Shown here: piece by piece, positions 19,148 through 27,633 of the stretch
Layout of the letters: the number at the start of each line of letters is the position of its first letter
How positions within the stretch are numbered: the first letter of the stretch is position 1
Sequence record: PP174317.1
Source of the DNA: Acinetobacter phage vB_AbaSt_W16
Length of the DNA: 64,000 bases
Reading direction: 5' to 3' (one strand)
Translations under genes and position numbers: made by a program
Notes under the pieces: generated by a model
The model's database searches: none
Told to the model about the DNA's origin: nothing
What the model saw: the letters and a program-made list of their open reading frames with translations, nothing else

Positions 19148-19822
19148 TTAAAAAGTTTTTTCTGCATATTCTTGAATAGGAAGAACTCTCGATAGGTAAT
19201 GCAATCGTACTTCATTTAAGTCTTTAGCAGTATAATGTGGGACTGGGCATTCAGGTCTTGGTCCACGTTGAATATAATAACGCGGTACATCAGGCAACAC
19301 GCGCGAAGCAGACTCGATATTAGAGCATACATCATCAATAAACATGACAATATTTTCATATTTAAAACGCACACGTTTTAAGATTTGGTCTTTACTTTCA
19401 CCAAAATTACAAACAAAAATATCTTTAAATGCACCCGGAAATAATGCATTTAAGTTAAACATACGGTTCATAACGGTATCTTTGTCTGTACCTAATGCTG
19501 TAACTGCAACAAAATCCCAATGTTCCTTCATTGTATTAATCATCTCAAGGGCATCTTGATATGGAGACAAATACTTAATAAAATTAGATTTATTGTAATC
19601 TTCCATAAAAATTTTGGCAATAGCCGGATCACATCCAAACAATTCGGCCGGAGACATAAATTCTTCAGTTAAAATACATTTAAGAGCATTGTCTGTATTT
19701 AAAGCATGTTTAGCCAAATAATAAGGCAAACCCGATTGCCATTTAACGCAAACACCATCGATATCAATAGCAATTACAGGGCGTTTATTTTCATTACGAG
19801 TAAAATTCATTTCATCATCCAA
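19148..19822 (-). CDS. HAD-superfamily phosphatase, resembling 5'(3')-deoxyribonucleotidases.
   Basis: HAD motif I IAIDIDGVC (DxDGV) and motif IV FIDD are present. It occupies the T4 30.x accessory region. Confidence 0.55.
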   Translation of the reverse strand: MDDEMNFTRNENKRPVIAIDIDGVCVKWQSGLPYYLAKHALNTDNALKCILTEEFMSPAELFGCDPAIAKIFMEDYNKSNFIKYLSPYQDALEMINTMKEHWDFVAVTALGTDKDTVMNRMFNLNALFPGAFKDIFVCNFGESKDQILKRVRFKYENIVMFIDDVCSNIESASRVLPDVPRYYIQRGPRPECPVPHYTAKDLNEVRLHYLSRVLPIQEYAEKTF

Positions 19823-20291
19823 ATTTTTTGATTAAAAATTCACGATACTTTTCGCGAATACTAGTTAAAGTCCCTACAAATTCTTCCACTGTTAGAATTG
19901 TGTCATAGGGGTCAGATTTTCCAATTGTATGTTTTAACTCTTTATCTAATGTGTCATATAAAGCTTTTTGATACTTTTCATTTTGAGCAAAACAACAAGT
20001 AAATGCTTTCTTTAATAGATTTTGATAAAATTCAGAATGCCTATTAAAAGGCTGCCCTTTCCAATAAAGAGTTTGGCCTTTAATTGGTCGAATACCTCCA
20101 GAAGTTTTTGCTTTAATGCCATGCATTGCAAAAACTTCTTTTTGGCGAACTGGATTGCTTTCACGAAGACCTTGTAAAAAGCCTTCGGTTGATCCAAAGA
20201 AAGTATTATCCATTATAAATGGATTTTCTGTTAAATTGCTAAGTTGACCTGCGGGTCCAGGCAATCTAAAATATATGTCTATACTATCCAT
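19815..20291 (-). CDS. Hypothetical protein (T4 30.x region).
   Basis: 158-aa ORF overlapping the neighbouring gene by 8 nt. Confidence 0.5.
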   Translation of the reverse strand: MDSIDIYFRLPGPAGQLSNLTENPFIMDNTFFGSTEGFLQGLRESNPVRQKEVFAMHGIKAKTSGGIRPIKGQTLYWKGQPFNRHSEFYQNLLKKAFTCCFAQNEKYQKALYDTLDKELKHTIGKSDPYDTILTVEEFVGTLTSIREKYREFLIKKFG

Positions 20292-20349
20292 AACAATCTC
20301 AAATTATCATGTCACGGAAATATTATATTATAGTTTTATTAAAAAGTAA

Positions 20350-20375
20350 AATAAAAGGGCGCAATTTGCGCCCTT
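20350..20375. terminator. Hairpin aaagggcgcaatttgcgcccttt.
   Basis: Inverted repeat with T-run, seen directly. Confidence 0.6.
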
Positions 20376-20378
20376 TTA

Positions 20379-20615
20379 TTAAAGATCCATATGAATTTTA
20401 TTATCGATTTCTTGTACTTTAGCAAGTAAATGAGAAACTAATACGCCAATATCAGTATAAACACGTTTTTCATTTTGTGTTTTTGCTGCTTTTTGTTCTT
20501 GACTTACATCACGTAAAAATGACTCAATCGATTTTCTAAGATTAGAACTTTTATTAATCAAAGTCGATTCATTTAATTGTTGAGTTTCTGCTATAATTTG
20601 TTCAAATGTTTTCAT
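20379..20615 (-). CDS. Hypothetical small protein. The start is trimmed to the internal Met so the overlap with the upstream gene becomes TAATG.
   Basis: The track ORF is 20379..20669. The Met at 20615 coincides with the stop of the upstream gene. Confidence 0.4.
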   Translation of the reverse strand: MKTFEQIIAETQQLNESTLINKSSNLRKSIESFLRDVSQEQKAAKTQNEKRVYTDIGVLVSHLLAKVQEIDNKIHMDL

Positions 20616-20935
20616 TATAAGGTTCCAATGAATGTTGCGGATTGTTCTGGAATATGAATTGATACCCAAAGTTTACGATATAATTCTACGGATTCAAAAT
20701 GCACTTCATTTACATTTTCTTTATGGGCATATTGAAATAATTCAGGATCATTACGTAAAATAAAACTACCTTCTAATTCCGATCCGTCTGAAATAATAAC
20801 AGTTTCACCTGGTTTTCGGGTCCGGTTTAAATCTACAAATACATAATCCTTTGGCCCTAGTTTTCTAGGTGTTTCAAGAGTTGTATTGTATCCAGCATCT
20901 TGACTATCTTCTTTAATTTGTTGGTAGGTTTTCAT
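20615..20935 (-). CDS. Hypothetical protein.
   Basis: 106-aa ORF. Confidence 0.45.
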   Translation of the reverse strand: MKTYQQIKEDSQDAGYNTTLETPRKLGPKDYVFVDLNRTRKPGETVIISDGSELEGSFILRNDPELFQYAHKENVNEVHFESVELYRKLWVSIHIPEQSATFIGTL

Positions 20936-20943
20936 TTAATTTC

Positions 20944-21192
20944 CTATTTTAATGTCACTATAATATGTCGCACCGCTTTATGTGCTCGAGAACATAAACG
21001 CTTTGCATATTTAATTTCATCTACTTGAATTAGCTCATCATGTAAAGCTTTTTGCGCCGGATTTAAGTGTTTGAAATACTGTAAAAAATGTAACATTGAT
21101 GCTTGCACATCAATAATAGAACCGTAATTATCGTGGCCTCTTGACCAAGCTGTACGCTGAATATTTAGAATATGTTGAATTTCTTGTTCCAT
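20944..21192 (-). CDS. Hypothetical 82-aa protein. Its position and length match T4 rIII, but I cannot confirm the similarity.
   Basis: 82 aa, equal to T4 rIII, lying between the ligase-proximal ORFs and gene 31. Confidence 0.4.
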   Translation of the reverse strand: MEQEIQHILNIQRTAWSRGHDNYGSIIDVQASMLHFLQYFKHLNPAQKALHDELIQVDEIKYAKRLCSRAHKAVRHIIVTLK

Positions 21193-21237
21193 TTCTTTTA
21201 CTCTATAAAGTTATTTTATAGTAGTATTTATAATAGA

Positions 21238-21262
21238 AAAAGGGCCCGAAGGCCCCTTAATT
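21238..21262. terminator. Hairpin aaaagggcccgaaggcccctt.
   Basis: Inverted repeat, seen directly. Confidence 0.55.
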
Positions 21263-21590
21263 ATTTGTATACACAAGCAATATTACGATAATGACATGTG
21301 ATGTATTTTTCATCTCGATCTTTTTCTTTAGCATTACCATATGCTACATCGGGATGAGGTACATTTAATTTATCCCCTAATGGAAACGGGCAACCGTCGC
21401 CAATTTCAAATAATCCTTTTGGAACATTAGGGCCAATTTTAAACACCTCGCAAATTTTAGGTACTTCACCTTGTTCGCGAACACCAATGACCAAATCTGG
21501 AACTACATCTGAAAAAATTTCAGTACCAGCTGAACGCGCTACCGCTTTTAATACAACATATTCGCCTAATGCAACAATTTCTTTTGACAT
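21261..21590 (-). CDS. 31: Co-chaperonin gp31, a GroES analogue needed for major capsid protein folding.
   Basis: 109 aa collinear with T4 gp31 (111 aa). Matching segments include GEYVVL, QGEVP, NVPHP and the C-terminal YITCHYRNIACVYK, aligned to T4 FVTCHYKAIPCLYK. Confidence 0.9.
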   Translation of the reverse strand: MSKEIVALGEYVVLKAVARSAGTEIFSDVVPDLVIGVREQGEVPKICEVFKIGPNVPKGLFEIGDGCPFPLGDKLNVPHPDVAYGNAKEKDRDEKYITCHYRNIACVYK

Positions 21591-21593
21591 AAT

Positions 21594-21923
21594 TTACCCT
21601 TCAATTTTAGATTGAGCTTGTTTTAAGATTTCATCTTTATTTAGTCCATCAAATCCAATTAAATCATCAAAAGAGAATGAACGCCATCCATCTTTAATAT
21701 CATATACCGGCAATGATGTAGTAGATTCTTTACGAATAGAACCATCTGATTTAGGTGGTGGATTCATATATTTTTCATAAAGTTCTTGATCAATTAGACC
21801 AGGATCACGTGTTGCTGATAACACACGAATAGAACCATCTTTCTTTTTAAAAACAACTTCATGAATACCTAAAGATAGTTTTAGTTTTAGGTATTCGCGT
21901 AAAACAATATTGGAATCAGACAT
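21594..21923 (-). CDS. Hypothetical protein.
   Basis: 109-aa ORF between 31 and cd. Confidence 0.45.
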   Translation of the reverse strand: MSDSNIVLREYLKLKLSLGIHEVVFKKKDGSIRVLSATRDPGLIDQELYEKYMNPPPKSDGSIRKESTTSLPVYDIKDGWRSFSFDDLIGFDGLNKDEILKQAQSKIEG

Positions 21924-22471
21924 TATTCGCCTCCGAAATTAACAATATTTTCCCAATTCAAATTTTTAAGTTGGACTTTACTGATTTGGTGGACTTGGAC
22001 ACCGGCATCTGTGAGAATTTTTTCCCACCCTGGCTGATTTCGATCATAGCTCTCTGAGTAGACCAATTGTTTAATGCCACTGTTGGCAATAGCTTTTGCG
22101 CAATCAGGACACGGGCTAAGAGTGACGTACATTGTCGCACCTTCAATCGCTGTACCATTCTTAGCTGCATATAAGATTGCATTAAGTTCTGCATGGATTT
22201 CATTTGCCTTGCTCCAGGCACTGTGTAATTCACGACACCCACGTTTAAGAGCGGTTTGGTTGGTATGAGGAGGCACCGGATTGTATCTGTTAACGGTCCA
22301 TCCTTCTTGTTCGGCATGATCACAGCAATTTACTCCTCCGGCCGGTGAGCCGTTATATCCAGTTGAAATAATACGTCCATTTTTTGCAATAACGGCGCCA
22401 ACTTTCCAAGATACACATTTAGATTCTTGTGACACAAGATATGCAATTTGCATTAATGATGTTGATTTCAT
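21923..22471 (-). CDS. cd: dCMP deaminase.
   Basis: Zinc-binding motifs HAE (CCDHAE) and PCxxC (SPCPDCAKAI) are present. 182 aa against 193 aa in T4, in the syntenic position. Confidence 0.9.
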   Translation of the reverse strand: MKSTSLMQIAYLVSQESKCVSWKVGAVIAKNGRIISTGYNGSPAGGVNCCDHAEQEGWTVNRYNPVPPHTNQTALKRGCRELHSAWSKANEIHAELNAILYAAKNGTAIEGATMYVTLSPCPDCAKAIANSGIKQLVYSESYDRNQPGWEKILTDAGVQVHQISKVQLKNLNWENIVNFGGE

Positions 22472-22521
22472 TTCATTACCTCATAGAATAAGGCTATTAT
22501 ATTTCAAATAGCCTTATAGCT

Positions 22522-22836
22522 TCATCCAATACACAAATAACGAGAATTACGTGTTTCGACTAATGTGAATTCACTGTCGATAGACGAAACTGATTTAACT
22601 ATTGATGTACGAATCATGTCGCCATCAACAAAGCGTTCATGTTTATCAAAGAAGATTCGGCCGCCAAACGAGAAGCCAGGCACAACCAAGATTAAGCCAG
22701 TACAGTCATGCTCTTTAATGAATTTTTCAGCACGCCCATCGGCTTTAAGTAAATCGATCATTTCATCGACACTTGATTTAGAAGGCACTTGGTTTAAGGT
22801 AACGTCAATTGCTTTTAATTTTTGATAAAGGTTCAT
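22522..22836 (-). CDS. Hypothetical protein.
   Basis: 104-aa ORF whose stop overlaps the start of the NUDIX gene. Confidence 0.45.
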   Translation of the reverse strand: MNLYQKLKAIDVTLNQVPSKSSVDEMIDLLKADGRAEKFIKEHDCTGLILVVPGFSFGGRIFFDKHERFVDGDMIRTSIVKSVSSIDSEFTLVETRNSRYLCIG

Positions 22837-23360
22837 TGTATTTCCTCAACGTGGTGTACGTAATATTGTCCAGCAGAAGCTACAAGAAACTTCTTGATTG
22901 CTTCTACTGCTGAAGTTGCATAAAATTCATCTTGTGGTGGATATTTTAGTTTAGTGTCATGAGTGTACCAAATTTGGTATTTTTTAATATATCCAAAATG
23001 AATTAAAGCATCACGATTATATTTGCCAAATGTGCCTTCCATTAGCTTATCTGCAGTAACCCATTCCACTAAACCTGTTTCAGATTCAGCTAAAGGCTGA
23101 TAAGGTTTCATGCTTGATGGAATTGCATGAAATGTGCTAACTTCAAATTCACCATCAATTGCAATGTATGGATCACTTAAATCAAGAACTGTGGGCCAGA
23201 TGCCGGTCTCTTCAAGGCATTCACGTTTAGCACCTTCAACAATTGTTTCGCCTAAATTGACTTTACCGCCTGGCAAACCAAAATCAGTTAGGTCATCTTT
23301 GCGACTTACTGCAAGGAATTTTCCATTATTTTCAATAAGTACACATGCTGCATAACGCAT
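22833..23360 (-). CDS. NUDIX hydrolase.
   Basis: Nudix box GLPGGKVNLGETIVEGAKRECLEETGI, which fits the consensus Gx5Ex7REUxEExGU. Confidence 0.85.
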   Translation of the reverse strand: MRYAACVLIENNGKFLAVSRKDDLTDFGLPGGKVNLGETIVEGAKRECLEETGIWPTVLDLSDPYIAIDGEFEVSTFHAIPSSMKPYQPLAESETGLVEWVTADKLMEGTFGKYNRDALIHFGYIKKYQIWYTHDTKLKYPPQDEFYATSAVEAIKKFLVASAGQYYVHHVEEIQ

Positions 23361-23361
23361 A

Positions 23362-24279
23362 TCAAAACTCTCCGAAGTTAACTTGACAACAATTCACACC
23401 AATACGACGCCACATTTCACAAACTCTGTCCCGATCATCAAAGGCGCATTCAACATTATAATGTGGTGCAATTTCATCCCAAAAGATTTCTTCTTTAACA
23501 ATGTCATCCGCTCGAGTATCATGCCACTTACGCATTAATAAACGATCAGCAGGAATACCATTCTTATTCAACCACTGTGCAGTTAAATTTTGATATTCAA
23601 TATGATTATCGGTATTACCTGCATTTCGACCTGATACACAAATAATCAAATATCCATTTTCTTTGTACATTTTAAGAATATTTGCAACAAAATCATTGAC
23701 AGTATCATCAATTAATTTTGGATAATCAAATGCATGACGATGATCATTATTGGCCAAAGTGCCATCTAAGTCAAAGATAACTGCTTTTGGTTTCGTATTA
23801 TCTGGAATATAGTTAAACTGCTTGCCCATATACTGTTGCATTTTTAAAAACATATCACGCAAGACAGGTTTTGGAACAGCTTTATCCCCTCGTACATTAT
23901 TACGTTTTTCTAATTCAATCCAAGATACGTCAAAAGGTTCCAATGTAAACTCATATGTATTTTTTGGAAACATTGCTGCAACATCATCAACAATTGCCTT
24001 ATAACCTGAGCGAGTATCAAAATTTAAGTTAGTATCCGCAATAATAATGGTCTCTGTGGACTGATTTGTCAATGCAAATTTAAGAGACTCTTTAACTGCA
24101 TTTGTAACAATATTTTCAGTTACACGTGAATACTTATATTGACCACCACCTTTTAACATAGTACGAAGATCATCACGATTTAATACAATTGTATTTTTAT
24201 TTTTGGCAGCATATTCCGCAGCCCAAGTTGATTTACCCGATCCAGGTGCACCGACTGTTAAAATTACATGTTTACGCAT
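23362..24279 (-). CDS. pseT: Polynucleotide 5'-kinase/3'-phosphatase.
   Basis: N-terminal Walker A GAPGSGKST (kinase) and C-terminal HAD motif VIFDLDGTL (phosphatase). 305 aa against 301 aa in T4. Confidence 0.92.
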   Translation of the reverse strand: MRKHVILTVGAPGSGKSTWAAEYAAKNKNTIVLNRDDLRTMLKGGGQYKYSRVTENIVTNAVKESLKFALTNQSTETIIIADTNLNFDTRSGYKAIVDDVAAMFPKNTYEFTLEPFDVSWIELEKRNNVRGDKAVPKPVLRDMFLKMQQYMGKQFNYIPDNTKPKAVIFDLDGTLANNDHRHAFDYPKLIDDTVNDFVANILKMYKENGYLIICVSGRNAGNTDNHIEYQNLTAQWLNKNGIPADRLLMRKWHDTRADDIVKEEIFWDEIAPHYNVECAFDDRDRVCEMWRRIGVNCCQVNFGEF

Positions 24280-24280
24280 T

Positions 24281-24472
24281 TTATTTTCTCACACAACTAT
24301 ATTTGGCTTTACTTACAAATTTTTTGGTGTTTTCATCTTTAAGTTGCTCGCCTGCAACTAGACATACATTTGGATTTCTGAATCCATCGATGGTAATAGT
24401 ATGAACCTCGTCTGAAAACCAACCAAACATTGTAATAGTAACAATTAATGTATACATTTTTATTTCCCACAC
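24281..24472 (-). CDS. Hypothetical small membrane protein.
   Basis: 63-aa ORF with one hydrophobic segment. Its start overlaps the stop of the upstream gene. Confidence 0.35.
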   Translation of the reverse strand: MWEIKMYTLIVTITMFGWFSDEVHTITIDGFRNPNVCLVAGEQLKDENTKKFVSKAKYSCVRK

Positions 24473-24948
24473 AATAAATCGATTAACTCCGCTGCTTCTT
24501 CAAGGTCCAATCCATCAAATAAAATATGGCGTTTGCATGTGGTTGGTTTGGCTTTATCTTTACCGGAAGCAATAAGCATTTCATCAAATGTTGCTTCTTT
24601 ATGTAAAATACCCATACGAATTTTTGGAGATGTACCACAAATAATGTATACTTTGCAACCATTAATTAATATGTTAGGTTGAGTTTCATTAATAAAGACT
24701 TCGCCATTTTTGATACGATTTTCAAAAAAACGTTTAGCTTCACGAATATGATCATCTTTTGCCAAAGAAGCTGCTAATTTTTTACGTTCTGCAGCATCAG
24801 CTAAAGTTTGACGCTTTAATACAAGTTTACGTAAATCCGCAAAAGTTCCAACACGTTTACCGTCCTTAAGTACACTATACCAATCCTTTGAATCTCCAAA
24901 CATTTCAACTAAAACTTCTGGAGTCAATGTATATACTGTATGTTTCAT
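24460..24948 (-). CDS. Hypothetical protein in the T4 alc position (between pseT and rnlA).
   Basis: 162 aa against 167 aa for T4 Alc. Synteny only. Confidence 0.45.
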   Translation of the reverse strand: MKHTVYTLTPEVLVEMFGDSKDWYSVLKDGKRVGTFADLRKLVLKRQTLADAAERKKLAASLAKDDHIREAKRFFENRIKNGEVFINETQPNILINGCKVYIICGTSPKIRMGILHKEATFDEMLIASGKDKAKPTTCKRHILFDGLDLEEAAELIDLLCGK

Positions 24949-25019
24949 TTTATTTTCCTCATGTGTTTAAAAAGAATAAACCCATTATGCACAAATCATA
25001 ATGGGTTGTAAACATTAAT

Positions 25020-25253
25020 TTATTCATGTGTTCGAAAAATATTCAAAGTTCTTTCAAAATTACGTAATGTAGTTGACTTTACTTGAATAACTTTAACTTT
25101 ACCTGGTTTAATACTATTGCTTAAATTATAAATTTCAGTTTGTTGTACAAATATTTTAACTTGTAATTTCATTAACTCTGTACTAAGACTTTTAACTTTA
25201 TGCATTAGAAAACATATGCACAAAAAACATATAATAAGCAATAGTGTTACCAT
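25020..25253 (-). CDS. Hypothetical small membrane protein.
   Basis: 77-aa ORF with an N-terminal transmembrane segment (LLLIICFLCICFL). Confidence 0.4.
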   Translation of the reverse strand: MVTLLLIICFLCICFLMHKVKSLSTELMKLQVKIFVQQTEIYNLSNSIKPGKVKVIQVKSTTLRNFERTLNIFRTHE

Positions 25254-25255
25254 TT

Positions 25256-26407
25256 TTATTCATCCACAATATTTGTTCTGTACTCAGGTGGTACAAAGCG
25301 GCCAAAATTTTTCAGAAATACTTTATTGATTTCTTTAACCATATCTTCAATAGAAATTTTACCAGTGTATAATAACATAGAAACACCAAAAAGTTCAAAC
25401 ATATTTAAATTTTTAAAGTATGTTTGAGCATCTATAGCATAATCTTTCCGCTCTACTCCTTTATGACTATCATGGAATCGGGTTAATTCGGTAATAGCTG
25501 TGTTTAAATATGTGAAAAATATATTTTCAAATTTTTCAATTTTAGCTTTAGATAGTTCATCATCAAATAATGATTTAATATCATCTGAGCCACCTTCAAC
25601 GACAACTTGAAATAAACCTTCATTATTGTTTAATGTGTCTTTGACTCGATGTAAATTTGAATACCATGCGGTTTTAAGTTTAAATTGAAGTCCTGATTTC
25701 ATTACAAATACATAACCTTCTGTATTTTGCATTGATCTAATTTCTTCAATAACTTCATCAGGGTTGCCCTGTGGAATAATTGCGTCCACTAAAAATGGCC
25801 GTAATGCAGCATCGGCTTGAATTTCTCGATATGATACATACTCGCCAGTTTCATTATTACGAACATTTAATAAAATTAAAGCTCGTTCTGGATAAGCAAT
25901 AACAATTCGATTATTAGGAGCAACATATTCAAAATTACATGTATACCCTGCCTCGGCTAATTCTAAAACGCGGGCTCTTAAATGTTTATATTGAATAGCC
26001 CACAATAAGTTTGTAGCCTCAATTGCTTGAGTAGATGTAATACTGGCCTTTGATTTTAAGTATAAATCACCTTTATCAATGTAAGATGAAACCAATGAAC
26101 CATCTACTTTATCCATACCATACTCAATTGTAGATAAATCTAAATCTGTAGTAAATGGATTTTCATTTAAGTTAAAAAATTTCTCCATTGGTCTTGACAT
26201 AATACGAACTGGAGTTTCATCATCCATTTCGAACATAATGCCTCGACATTCTAATGCATCGGGTTTTAACCAATCACTATAACTTGCATAATGGTATGTA
26301 AAGATGCGAACTTTTGTACCTTGAATAGTTGTAAAATCTTTATAGAAAAAATTAGTAAAATTACCCGGCACAATTAAGGCCATTAAATTGTTGTATAATT
26401 CTTGCAT
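25256..26407 (-). CDS. rnlA: RNA ligase 1.
   Basis: Collinear with T4 RnlA (374 aa): MQELYNNLM..., the ligase lysine motif KVDGSLV, and FNLNENPFT. Confidence 0.93.
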   Translation of the reverse strand: MQELYNNLMALIVPGNFTNFFYKDFTTIQGTKVRIFTYHYASYSDWLKPDALECRGIMFEMDDETPVRIMSRPMEKFFNLNENPFTTDLDLSTIEYGMDKVDGSLVSSYIDKGDLYLKSKASITSTQAIEATNLLWAIQYKHLRARVLELAEAGYTCNFEYVAPNNRIVIAYPERALILLNVRNNETGEYVSYREIQADAALRPFLVDAIIPQGNPDEVIEEIRSMQNTEGYVFVMKSGLQFKLKTAWYSNLHRVKDTLNNNEGLFQVVVEGGSDDIKSLFDDELSKAKIEKFENIFFTYLNTAITELTRFHDSHKGVERKDYAIDAQTYFKNLNMFELFGVSMLLYTGKISIEDMVKEINKVFLKNFGRFVPPEYRTNIVDE

Positions 26408-26417
26408 GACAACTCCA

Positions 26418-26443
26418 AAATAAAGGGGCGAAAAGCCCCTTTT
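26418..26443. terminator. Hairpin aaaggggcgaaaagcccctttt.
   Basis: Inverted repeat plus T-run between nrdB and rnlA. Confidence 0.6.
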
Positions 26444-26445
26444 TA

Positions 26446-27579
26446 TTAACGTTTTAAGTATTTACGACGGAATTCAGCAATTATATTTGAATCCACATCA
26501 TTGTCAATTTGATTGATCAAGTAAGAACTTAATTCAGCCTCTTGCTTCGCGACTTGTACTGAAGACGCCATCAAGTATTTGTTTACCCAAGGTAATGGAT
26601 GTGATTTAGGTCGTTCAATTGGGCAACGCAACCCAACGTTATTCATTGACGGTACTAATTGATAATCAATAAAGTCCCAAACAAGTTCAACGGTTAAACC
26701 ATCTGGACACCCATTGCGATAAACATATTGAGCCCATGCCCGTTCTTGATCACGAACATCCATAAACATAGATTCAGCTTCTTCTTTGCATTCAAGTGCA
26801 ATTTCTCGCCATTCTGTGCCGTCAATACCTTTGTTCATTTGTTGAATGATATAACGAGTGCCTTGGTGATGAAGGTTTTCGTCTCGTGCAATAAATTGCA
26901 TGATTTTCATGTTACCTTCCATGATTTTCATGTTTTCAAAGAAGTTCCACGTCGAGATGAAAGACACATAAAAACGAATTGCTTCTAATGCATTAATTGC
27001 ATGTAAACATAAGTATAATGCTTTCTTTAATTCACGGAATTGTTCAGGAGTATCAACGCCGCGAATTTTATCAGCTTGCCACAAAATAGTTTGTTGACGT
27101 AAAGCATCATAGCGTTCACAGATTGCGGTGGCTCGAGCCATAATTTCTTTATTTGCAACTACGCCATCAAAAATTTTAGATGGGTCAGAATATAAGTTAC
27201 GAATAATATGTGTGTATGACCGAGAGTGAATAGTTTCAGAGAATGTCCACGTGACCAACCAAGTTTCAAGTGCAATATCAGAACAAATATCACCAAGGGC
27301 TAAAATTGGAGCTCGGCCTTGTACAGAGTCCATTAGAATTTGATAACCAAGATTATTTGTAAAAACTTCTTGCATTGCTTCGTTTAATTTCTTAAACTGG
27401 CCGACATCCGTTGAAAGGTTTACTTCCTCAGGTCTCCAAAACTGCGCTAATTGATTTGTAGTTAAATCTTCAAACTTTTGATGCTTTACTTCTTCATAAC
27501 GTGTCACACCAGTAGGCTCACCAAAAAACATTGGCTGTAACATATGATTGGCTAATTGATTAAAAACTGTGTTGCTCAT
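26446..27579 (-). CDS. nrdB: Ribonucleotide reductase small (beta) subunit.
   Basis: The di-iron/tyrosyl radical family signature FSETIHSRSY is present. 377 aa, with no intron. Confidence 0.92.
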   Translation of the reverse strand: MSNTVFNQLANHMLQPMFFGEPTGVTRYEEVKHQKFEDLTTNQLAQFWRPEEVNLSTDVGQFKKLNEAMQEVFTNNLGYQILMDSVQGRAPILALGDICSDIALETWLVTWTFSETIHSRSYTHIIRNLYSDPSKIFDGVVANKEIMARATAICERYDALRQQTILWQADKIRGVDTPEQFRELKKALYLCLHAINALEAIRFYVSFISTWNFFENMKIMEGNMKIMQFIARDENLHHQGTRYIIQQMNKGIDGTEWREIALECKEEAESMFMDVRDQERAWAQYVYRNGCPDGLTVELVWDFIDYQLVPSMNNVGLRCPIERPKSHPLPWVNKYLMASSVQVAKQEAELSSYLINQIDNDVDSNIIAEFRRKYLKR

Positions 27580-27633
27580 TTAAAATTCCTATGTAGTGAG
27601 GCCCGAAGGCCTCAATTTAAATCTATTGTATCA

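Noticed and set aside
21958-22323. 121-aa minus-strand ORF in an alternative frame inside cd.
   Set aside because: It is in the wrong frame relative to the dCMP deaminase motifs and has no independent support.
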